Shown in pieces: positions 48,039 through 55,716 of a stretch of DNA of 55,716 bases. The DNA comes from Acidimicrobiales bacterium (GTDB lineage Bacteria > Actinomycetota > Acidimicrobiia > Acidimicrobiales > Aldehydirespiratoraceae), in the NCBI GenBank assembly GCA_029263235.1, contig JAJCXW010000013.1:1-55716 (forward strand), given 5' to 3'. Position 1 is the stretch's first letter, and each line of letters begins with the position of its first letter. The position numbers and the translations under genes were made by a program. The notes under the pieces were generated by a model that saw only the letters and a program-made list of their open reading frames with translations, had not been told where the DNA came from and searched no databases.

Positions 48039-50693
48039 TCAGTCGACGCTCACGTAGTCGGGGCCGGAGTATCGGCCGGTTTCGAGTTTCTGGATCTGGA
48101 GAAGCGCATCGTTGAGCAGGCTCGACGCACCGATTCGGAACCGGGAGGCGTCGAGCCAGTCGGGCCCGAGAGTTTCGCCGACCATCACGAGGTAGTGCCA
48201 AGCCTGTTTGGCGGTGCGAATACCACCGGCGACCTTCAAACCAACCGGCTCACCGGTCTGGTCGACGTAGTCGCGAATCGCCTCTGCCATGCACAAGGCG
48301 ATCGGCAGAGTCGAGTTCTTGGAGACCTTGCCGGTGGAGGTCTTGATGAAGTCGGCACCGGCCGCCATCGCCAGCATCGATGCCCGACGAATCTGGTCGT
48401 AGGTGCCGAGTTCGCCGGTTTCGAGAATCACCTTGAGATGGGCCTGACCGCACGCGTCCTTGGCCGCCGCTATCTCGTCGAACACTCGTCCGTACTGGCC
48501 GGAGAGGAAGTCGCCGCGCCCGATGACGATGTCGATCTCGCCGGCACCAGCCGCCACTGCCTCACGAATGTCGGAGAGTCGCACCTCGAGTGACGACAAG
48601 CCGCTCGGGAAGGCGCCGGCCACGCTTGCGACCGCCACCGATGAGCCCGCGGTGTTGGCCACGGCATGGGGAACCATCTTCGGATACACGCACACCGCTG
48701 CCGTGGAGGGAACCGAAGGGTCGGACGGGTCGGGGGTGATGGCCTTCTGACACAGAGCACGGACCCGGCCCGGGGTGTCCATCCCCTCCAGTGTGGTCAG
48801 GTCGATACAGGAGATGGCGAGATCGAGCGCGGCTCGCTTCGAAGTCTTCTTGATCGAACGAGTCGTGAAGGCCTTGGCCCGAGCCTCGATGGCCACCTCG
48901 TCGACGGGTGTGACCTTCAAGCCCAGCCCGTTTCCGGAACCAGCGCTGAACCCGCTCGGGGACGAAGTCGTGTGGTCTAGTTGCCTGCTCACAGTGTCCA
49001 GTGTGCCCGTGGAATCGGGGGGACGCCCACCAATCAATTCGGCGGCGGCATCGAGAGCGCTGTGAAGTGTTTCGACCGCTGACTCTCGGGCGACAGCGAG
49101 GTCGTCGAATCCGGCCTCCACGATGGTCTCGCCGTAGAGCTTCAACTTGGGTTCGGTGCCGCTGGGCCGGAGCACCAGACGTGTGTGCGACGACAGGTCG
49201 AGGATCAGGGCATCGGTGGCGGGAAGCCCTGTTCCGGCGGCGAGCAGATCGGTCACGCAGTCGACCTCGAGGTCGCCGACCGAGACCGGCGGACGGGAAC
49301 GCATCCTCTTCATCAGGTCGCTCATTCGTTCTGAGGCATCGGAACCCTCGAATCGGAACGACCTCTGATCGCTGTGATGGACACCGTGGCGACGATGGAG
49401 ACCATCGAGCAGGTCGAGAACAGTGGTGCCGGAGGCCTTGGCCTCTGCCGCCATTTCCGCGAATGCCAGAGCCGCGCTGACGCCGTCCTTGTCTCGCACC
49501 GCATCTCCGACGGCAAACCCGAGTGCCTCCTCGAAGCCGAACGCGAACTCGAGTTCGGTGCGTTCGATCGCCGGCCGCATGATCCACTTGAAGCCGGTGA
49601 GGGTCTCCTCGAATACCACACCGTGGTCGGCGGCGATACGAGACAGCAATCGTGACGACACGACCGTGGTGGCAACCAGGCGATCGTCGCCGTCGCCCCG
49701 GGACAGGGTGTGTTCAGCGAGAAGCCCGCCGATCTCGTTTCCGGTGAGGGGCCGCCACCCGTCGCCGTTGGGCACCACCACGGCCAGGCGGTCGGCGTCG
49801 GGGTCGTTGGCGATGACGAGTTCGGCTCCCGTATCGGCGGCCAGGTCGATCGCCAGGTCGAGAACTCCGGGTTCCTCCGGATTCGGGAAGGCCGCGGTGG
49901 GGAAATCCGGATCAGGGTCTCCCTGTTCGGGCACGACATCCGGCGCCGGAAAGCCCGCTGCGGTGAAGGAGCGAAGGAAGACTTCGCGACCCACGCCGTG
50001 AACAGGCGTGTAGACCACGGCCAGATCACGCGCGGTGTCCGACGAGATCACACCGACGGCAGCCTCCACATAGGCGGCGATCAAAGAGTCGTCGGTGTCG
50101 GAGATTCGTGGGTCGTCGGCCGCGGCCAGGTCGGCGTCGGAGACCAGTCCCACCGCATCTATCTCTGTGGCTATCTCGGAATCAACGGGCGACGCTATCT
50201 GGGCACCGTCGCCCCAATAGACCTTGAAGCCGTTGTCGGCCCTCGGGTTGTGACTGGCCGTGACCATCACGCCGGCATCGGCACCGAGGCGACGAACCGC
50301 GAAAGCCAGAACCGGTGTCGGGTGGGGGCCACGAACGATCTCGACATCGAGCCCGTGGGCCGCCGCCACTCGCGCTGTGTCGTCGGCGAAGACGTCGCTG
50401 TTGTGCCGGGCATCGTGGGCGACGACGATCTTCGTGCCACCCTCGGCGATCACCCGTCGCGACACCCCAGCGGCGGTCATTCTCACCAACACCCGGTTCA
50501 TACGGGTCGGTCCGGCGCCGAGAGCACCTCGTAGCCCGGCGGTCCCGAACGCCAGCCGAGCGGCGAAACGCTCCTCCAAATCCGTGCCTCCAGCGGCGAT
50601 CAACTCCTCGAGTTCGGCGCGGGTGTCGGGATCGGGGTCGGCCGCCAACCAGGCGCGTGCCTCGCTCAGGGCTCCCCCATCGACGGCGCTCAT
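48039..50693 (-). CDS. deoC: Fused phosphohexomutase/phosphopentomutase and deoxyribose-phosphate aldolase (DeoC)
   Basis: N-terminal ~560 aa: FGTAGLRG, TASHNP, DPDADR, FEEALG, RPSGTEPK. C-terminal ~300 aa: IDLTTL, AVCVYP, EIDIVI, LKVILETGEL, FIKTSTGK, KVAGGIR, RIGASSL. Confidence 0.88.
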   Translation of the reverse strand: MSAVDGGALSEARAWLAADPDPDTRAELEELIAAGGTDLEERFAARLAFGTAGLRGALGAGPTRMNRVLVRMTAAGVSRRVIAEGGTKIVVAHDARHNSDVFADDTARVAAAHGLDVEIVRGPHPTPVLAFAVRRLGADAGVMVTASHNPRADNGFKVYWGDGAQIASPVDSEIATEIDAVGLVSDADLAAADDPRISDTDDSLIAAYVEAAVGVISSDTARDLAVVYTPVHGVGREVFLRSFTAAGFPAPDVVPEQGDPDPDFPTAAFPNPEEPGVLDLAIDLAADTGAELVIANDPDADRLAVVVPNGDGWRPLTGNEIGGLLAEHTLSRGDGDDRLVATTVVSSRLLSRIAADHGVVFEETLTGFKWIMRPAIERTELEFAFGFEEALGFAVGDAVRDKDGVSAALAFAEMAAEAKASGTTVLDLLDGLHRRHGVHHSDQRSFRFEGSDASERMSDLMKRMRSRPPVSVGDLEVDCVTDLLAAGTGLPATDALILDLSSHTRLVLRPSGTEPKLKLYGETIVEAGFDDLAVARESAVETLHSALDAAAELIGGRPPDSTGTLDTVSRQLDHTTSSPSGFSAGSGNGLGLKVTPVDEVAIEARAKAFTTRSIKKTSKRAALDLAISCIDLTTLEGMDTPGRVRALCQKAITPDPSDPSVPSTAAVCVYPKMVPHAVANTAGSSVAVASVAGAFPSGLSSLEVRLSDIREAVAAGAGEIDIVIGRGDFLSGQYGRVFDEIAAAKDACGQAHLKVILETGELGTYDQIRRASMLAMAAGADFIKTSTGKVSKNSTLPIALCMAEAIRDYVDQTGEPVGLKVAGGIRTAKQAWHYLVMVGETLGPDWLDASRFRIGASSLLNDALLQIQKLETGRYSGPDYVSVD

Positions 50694-51538
50694 AGCCGCT
50701 CCAGTACGCCGCGCAACAACGCGACCATTCTCGGCCCGGCGTCACGAGCGGCGTCGAGCACATCGGTGTGGTCGAGCAACTCGTCGGACAGTCCGGCCGC
50801 CGCGTTGGTCACGAGCGACACGCCGAGAAGCTCGGCGCCCAAGTGGCGAGCCGCAATCGCCTCCAGCACAGTCGACATGCCGACGAGATCGGCGCCCATG
50901 GTCTGGAGCATTCGGATCTCTGCCGGAGTCTCGTAGGCCCCCCCGAGCAGGCCGGCGTAGATCCCTTCGGGAAGGGTCGGATCGACGTCCAAGGCGAGGG
51001 CGCGAAGGCGAGCCGAGTACGCCTCCGTGAGGTCGACGAAGCGTGCTGGCTTGTCGTCCGGAGGCGGTGGCCCGACCATCGAGGTCGTGCCGGTGAGATT
51101 GAGTTGGTCGCACAGCAGCACCGGCTGGCCGACCGGCCATGTCGGGTCGAGACCACCGGCGGCGTTGGTGAGAACGATGGTTCGACAACCCGCGGCAATC
51201 GCAGTGCGCACACCGTGGACCACGGTGTGGACCGCGTGTCCTTCATAGAGGTGAGCTCGACCACCGAGCACCAACACGGCAAGATCGCCCACCTTGACCG
51301 ACCGAGCCAGGTTTCGGTGCCCGACCACCGTTGGGGCCGGAAAGCCGGGCAGGTCACCGAGTTCTACGTCGGCAACCACCGCACCGAGTTCGTCTGCTGC
51401 TGCGGCCCATCCCGATCCGAGCACGACCGCGGCATCGTGGCTCTCGACGCCCGTGCGACGAGCCAACTCGGCCGCGGCGTCGGCAGCCAGTTCGTAGGGG
51501 TCGGTCCCGATATTGGTTTCCACGTTCGATCCTTCCAA
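50690..51538 (-). CDS. punA: Purine-nucleoside phosphorylase (trimeric type)
   Basis: VLGSGW, GRAHLYEG, LTNAAGG, YETPAE, GADLVGMST, SLVTN. ATAG-type overlap with the mutase-DeoC start at 50690-50693. Confidence 0.93.
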   Translation of the reverse strand: MEGSNVETNIGTDPYELAADAAAELARRTGVESHDAAVVLGSGWAAAADELGAVVADVELGDLPGFPAPTVVGHRNLARSVKVGDLAVLVLGGRAHLYEGHAVHTVVHGVRTAIAAGCRTIVLTNAAGGLDPTWPVGQPVLLCDQLNLTGTTSMVGPPPPDDKPARFVDLTEAYSARLRALALDVDPTLPEGIYAGLLGGAYETPAEIRMLQTMGADLVGMSTVLEAIAARHLGAELLGVSLVTNAAAGLSDELLDHTDVLDAARDAGPRMVALLRGVLERL

Positions 51539-51586
51539 GAATGAATTCTGCTCACAACCGCTGTCGTAGGAAAGGGAGCCTCTCGG

Positions 51587-52753
51587 CTACACCCCGAGCC
51601 CGGTCAGCGCATCTTCGAGTCGGCGACCGCACTGATCGCCGAATCCAGCCCAAGTGTTGCTGGAATCGTCCATCTTCGAGTCGGCTTCCTCCCACATTTC
51701 GGCCTCCAGGGGATCGAGAGCCTCACGCACATCGACCAGCGTCTCGAGGATGACCTCGACCATGTCGCGCAGGGCCGCGAAACTCTCGACCAGTCGCAGA
51801 TCCGACAACACCGTCGGGACGCTCGATGCCACGAACGGAACATAGACACCACAGCAGGGAGATCCGACGCACGCCCAGAACCTCACGGGCCCGCCGTCGG
51901 ACGGCAAGAAGCACACCATCGACGCGGTAGTCGCCTGGTATCCCGGGATGTGCATGCAGACGGTGATGCCCGACAGGTCGTCGCCTAGCTCCGATGGAGG
52001 CAACTCAGGCCGGTCGCCTCGCCCCGGAGCCCCCCACGGAACCGTTCCATGGAATCTCAGTGTGGCGACAGCGTCGGCCGGCGACGGATCCGACAACGAG
52101 CACGCTGATGTCGCGGCCAGCCGATGATCGGCAAGGCGGGTGTCGACCGAGGTCTGATGCCAAAGCTCGACGGACTCCCCTTCGGACAGCGCTCCCGAGG
52201 AACGGGTCCAGTCGGTTCCGAGCGTGTATCGGTTGGATATGGCGGCGTGATCAACGAACGGTGCCGCCACCCAGTCGCGGCCCGATGTCTCCACCACCCA
52301 GCCAGCGGTGGCGTCCACAAGCAGGAACGACGAGTCGTAGGCATCACCTTGGTCGGGCTCCCCGCTGCCGCCCTGCCCATGACGAGCCAGCATCTCGGAG
52401 AGGACGTCGACGCCTTCCTCGGCCGAGCGGGCCCGCTCCAACGTGAGCCGAACCAGGTCCATGCCGATGAGCGCGTCAGGCCCAGTGAGGTCGCGGTTGG
52501 AGTAAACCCTCTCGTTGCCGACTGCCAAGCCGTGTTCGTTCACACCATGCTCAGCCCCCCACAACCAGGTTGGTCGGGACAGCACGGTCGGACTGGCATC
52601 GGCATCGTCGATTTGGAGGTATTGCGTGTGCAGTCTCCCCTGGGGCCGCCGAGCCGAGTTGGCCTCGATGATCTGCGGTTCGAGAGGGCCGCGATCGGAG
52701 TTCTTGGCGAACAGCGAACCAGCCGACGAGATGGAAGCGAATGTGTCGCACAT
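51587..52753 (-). CDS. Peptidase C69 / secernin-like Ntn hydrolase
   Basis: N-terminal MCDT (Cys nucleophile), FAKNSDR, WLWGAEHGVNEHG, GMDLVRL.LER, VCMH. Confidence 0.85.
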   Translation of the reverse strand: MCDTFASISSAGSLFAKNSDRGPLEPQIIEANSARRPQGRLHTQYLQIDDADASPTVLSRPTWLWGAEHGVNEHGLAVGNERVYSNRDLTGPDALIGMDLVRLTLERARSAEEGVDVLSEMLARHGQGGSGEPDQGDAYDSSFLLVDATAGWVVETSGRDWVAAPFVDHAAISNRYTLGTDWTRSSGALSEGESVELWHQTSVDTRLADHRLAATSACSLSDPSPADAVATLRFHGTVPWGAPGRGDRPELPPSELGDDLSGITVCMHIPGYQATTASMVCFLPSDGGPVRFWACVGSPCCGVYVPFVASSVPTVLSDLRLVESFAALRDMVEVILETLVDVREALDPLEAEMWEEADSKMDDSSNTWAGFGDQCGRRLEDALTGLGV

Positions 52754-52823
52754 GGCCACGACCTTAGGAGACGAATCATCCCAGACATGTAGCCACCCGA
52801 CGAGCGGGTGTAGACCAGTGGGC

Positions 52824-53714
52824 GTGAACGGCCGCATCAGCGACAGCGAACTGACAAAGGTCGAGGAGGCGATATCCGCGGCGCTCGCTTCCGACGACCA
52901 TTCCGGACTCACGATTCTGGGCTACGGAGAGGTGTCCGTGGCGGTGGGTTGGCCCAGTGGATCACCGACCTGGGCCTGCAAACGCATGCCTCCCTTCGCC
53001 GACCAAGAGACCTTCGACGCCTACCTGACCCTCGTCACCGACTACATCGCCACTCTCACCGCTGCCGGGGTGAACGTTCTCGACACCGAGGTCCGTCAGC
53101 TTCCGGGCCCCCACGGAAGCCGCATCGGCTACCTCGTGCAACCTGCCCTCGACCCGTCGCAGCTCGGCCCCAATGTGCTGCGGTCCGCCGATCCCACGAT
53201 CGGCCACCCGATCATCGAAGCGATCGTCGATTCGGTGCTGGCCTGCACCGATGGGCGTACCGGTATCGACGCTCAGATCACCAACTGGGCTTGGATCGAC
53301 GGCCGGGCCGTCAACCTCGACGTCAACACCCCGTTCACGTTCGACGAGGCCGGGCACCCGGTTCTCGACATCGACATGTTCATCGGGGCGCTGCCCTGGG
53401 CAGTGAGGGCGACCCAACGCAAGGCCGGACCGAAGATCATCGCTCGATGGGCCAAACCACGCTGGACGCTCACCGACATGGCCATGAATCTCCACAAGGA
53501 CCGTCTCGAAGAATGGATACCTCTCGTTGTGGAGGCCGCCAACAGCAGACTCGATGATCCGATCATCGAGTCCGACCTCAAGGCCGCTTACGCCAAGGAA
53601 GCGAAACTCTGGGTGAAGCTGCACCGACTGAAGCGGGTCGACCGTTGGTGGCAGCGAACGATCCGCCGACGTCGCTACCAGTTCCTCGTTCCCGAGACGA
53701 CCGACTACGCATGA
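52824..53714 (+). CDS. DUF6206 family protein (kinase-like fold suspected)
   Basis: LGYGEVS..ACKRMP, YLVQP, GIDAQITNW, LDVNTP. Start approximate (52818 or 52824). Confidence 0.65.
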   Translation: MNGRISDSELTKVEEAISAALASDDHSGLTILGYGEVSVAVGWPSGSPTWACKRMPPFADQETFDAYLTLVTDYIATLTAAGVNVLDTEVRQLPGPHGSRIGYLVQPALDPSQLGPNVLRSADPTIGHPIIEAIVDSVLACTDGRTGIDAQITNWAWIDGRAVNLDVNTPFTFDEAGHPVLDIDMFIGALPWAVRATQRKAGPKIIARWAKPRWTLTDMAMNLHKDRLEEWIPLVVEAANSRLDDPIIESDLKAAYAKEAKLWVKLHRLKRVDRWWQRTIRRRRYQFLVPETTDYA

Positions 53715-53730
53715 CCACAGGAGACATTCG

Positions 53731-54948
53731 ATGAGCGCCATCGACAGCACCTATCCCGACCGCGACGCTGTCGAGGCCTCCTATCGCGAGCACGTCGACG
53801 CCGGGCGGGTCGACACGTGGCAGCTCGCCGACATGCAACTCGTGATGGGCGAACGAGAAGGGCCACGCTTCAGCGATGCCTTCAGCGGAAAGTGGTATCT
53901 CAACTGCCACAGCAACGGCGGAGTGTTCAACCTCGGCCATCGCAACCCCCGTGTGATCGCGGCGATGCGAGAAGCAATGGATCACATCGACATCGGCAAT
54001 CACCACCTCGTGTCGACCCACCGGGCCCGGGCCGCCGAGAAGCTCGTCGAGTCAACCGGAGGGAACCTGCCTTGCGTGGTCTTCGGAACCACTGGAGGTG
54101 AAGCCATCGATCTCGCCATCAAAGCGGCCCGCCACGCCACCGGGCGAGACGGAATCGTCTCGGTCGAGGGCGCCTACCACGGCCACACCGGTCTGGCCCT
54201 GGCCACCGGCGAGGCCAAGTTCCGTGAACCATTCCGCCATGTCGTGCCGGGCTTCGCCCAAGTGCCCTACAACGATCTCGGAGCCATGGGGTCAGCCATC
54301 GACGAGTCCACGGCCGCCGTGATTCTCGAGGCGATTCCAGCCACTCTCGGTTTCCCGATGCCCGAACCCGGATACCTGGCGGAGGTGCAGGCAATGTGCC
54401 GCGATCGGGGCGCGCTTCTCATCATCGACGAGGTCCAGACCGGTCTGGGCCGCACCGGAAGCGTCTGGTACTACCAGCAGGAGTCGGTCGACCCCGACAT
54501 GTTGGTCGCCGGCAAGGGTCTGGGAGGGGGCATCTACCCGATAGCAGCCACATTGATGACCGCCGACGCACACCGGTTCACCAGCGAGGAGCCGTTCTCG
54601 CATGTCTCGACCTTCGGAGGTTCCGAACTGGGGTGCGTGGCGGCGGAGACGGTTCTCGACATCGTCACCGATCCTGTCTTCCTCGAAAGAGTGAAGGAGG
54701 TCGGTGCACGAATCGGCGACGGCCTCGCTGGAGGGCCGTTCGAGATTCGTCGGCGCGGCATGCTCACCGGCCTGAAGTTCGAGCAGACGACCGGTGGAAT
54801 GACCGCCATGAAGGCCCTATTCGACCGAGGCATCTACAGCTTCTTCGCCGGCAACGATCCCTCGGTGCTGCAGTTCAAGCCGAGCCTCATCGTGTCCGAC
54901 GACGACGTCGACTGGCTGATCTCGACCGTGCGTGAAACTCTCTGGTGA
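53731..54948 (+). CDS. Class III PLP-dependent aminotransferase family protein
   Basis: FNLGHRNP, GGEA, AYHGHT, IIDEVQTGLGRTG, GKGLGGG, STFGG. AGGAG RBS. Confidence 0.9.
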   Translation: MSAIDSTYPDRDAVEASYREHVDAGRVDTWQLADMQLVMGEREGPRFSDAFSGKWYLNCHSNGGVFNLGHRNPRVIAAMREAMDHIDIGNHHLVSTHRARAAEKLVESTGGNLPCVVFGTTGGEAIDLAIKAARHATGRDGIVSVEGAYHGHTGLALATGEAKFREPFRHVVPGFAQVPYNDLGAMGSAIDESTAAVILEAIPATLGFPMPEPGYLAEVQAMCRDRGALLIIDEVQTGLGRTGSVWYYQQESVDPDMLVAGKGLGGGIYPIAATLMTADAHRFTSEEPFSHVSTFGGSELGCVAAETVLDIVTDPVFLERVKEVGARIGDGLAGGPFEIRRRGMLTGLKFEQTTGGMTAMKALFDRGIYSFFAGNDPSVLQFKPSLIVSDDDVDWLISTVRETLW

Positions 54949-54978
54949 CCGCACCGACTCACCCGAGGATTCCCCAAG

Positions 54979-55716
54979 ATGACGACCACGGAGACGGATC
55001 TCCCCAATCCGATCAATCCTGAATTCTGGGTGAGATCCGAAGCCGCGATCGACCACGACCTGGCGGCCCTGCGATCAGCACCGTTGTCGTACCATCCGGA
55101 ACCTCCACTCCCAGTTGAGCTCGGCATTTCAGCTGGCCCCGGTTGCTGGGTGGTCACCAAGCACGCCGAGATTCTGGAGGTCTCGAAACAGCCGGAGTTC
55201 TACTCATCGGCCTCCGGCATCACGATTCTCGATGCTCCGGCTGAGTTCAACGAGTTCTTCGGCTCGATGATCTCGATGGACGATCCTCGGCACGCCCGAC
55301 TTCGCAGACTGATCTCAGCGGGCTTCACCCCCCGGATGCTCACCAAGCTCGAAGCCGGAGTAGCCGAGCAGGCCGCCCGGATCGTCGACCGGGTGAGCGA
55401 GAGAGGCGAATGCGATTTCGTGGTCGATGTGGCGGCACGGCTCCCGCTTCAGATCGTCTGCGATCTCATGGGGATTCCGGAGAGCCAGATCGATTTTGTG
55501 TTCGAACAAACCAACATGATTCTCGGCGGCGGCGACCCTGAATACGTGCCTGACGTCCACGACATTCTCACGTCGATGCTGCTTGCCGGGCAGGGCCTCT
55601 CCGATCTGATGCACGACGTGGCGCGCTCCAAGAAGGGCGGCGACTCCGACGACCTGACAACGATTCTCGTCAACGCGACCGTCGACGGGGAACAGCTCAC
55701 CGAAGCCGAAATCGCC
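54979..55716 (+). CDS. Cytochrome P450 (CYP124/125-like), 3'-partial; absent from the ORF track
   Basis: My translation from ATG 54979: GPGCWVVTKHAEILEVSKQPE, FFGSMISMDDPRHARLRRLISAGFTPR, CDFVVDVAARLPLQIVCDLMGIP. Open to the window end. Confidence 0.9.
   Translation, partial: MTTTETDLPNPINPEFWVRSEAAIDHDLAALRSAPLSYHPEPPLPVELGISAGPGCWVVTKHAEILEVSKQPEFYSSASGITILDAPAEFNEFFGSMISMDDPRHARLRRLISAGFTPRMLTKLEAGVAEQAARIVDRVSERGECDFVVDVAARLPLQIVCDLMGIPESQIDFVFEQTNMILGGGDPEYVPDVHDILTSMLLAGQGLSDLMHDVARSKKGGDSDDLTTILVNATVDGEQLTEAEIA

Overview
GC-rich actinobacterial chromosome segment, probably Acidimicrobiia-like (Bpa proteasome activator, large NAD-GDH, SLH proteins, many leaderless-type starts). It is densely coding (about 50 CDS). 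I found no rRNA, tRNA, CRISPR array, transposase or integrase. The main theme is nucleoside uptake and catabolism: a BMP-type ABC transporter, an FCY1-like deaminase, cdd, deoA, punA, one 884-aa ORF joining a phosphohexomutase/phosphopentomutase to DeoC, and a full plus a truncated aldehyde dehydrogenase that together resemble a split ALDH16. Housekeeping genes include a UvrD helicase, engB, typA and bpa. Two ECF sigma modules are present; one has a putative anti-sigma with duplicated Cys/His repeats and an internal GTAAC-N17-CGAT promoter. Other items of note: a perfect 30-bp palindrome with a DtxR-like core, a Cys-rich pseudo-receiver protein, a frameshifted small gene, and a DUF6206 kinase-like / class-III PLP enzyme / P450 cluster at the right edge. 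All calls come from reading motifs; no database searches were run.
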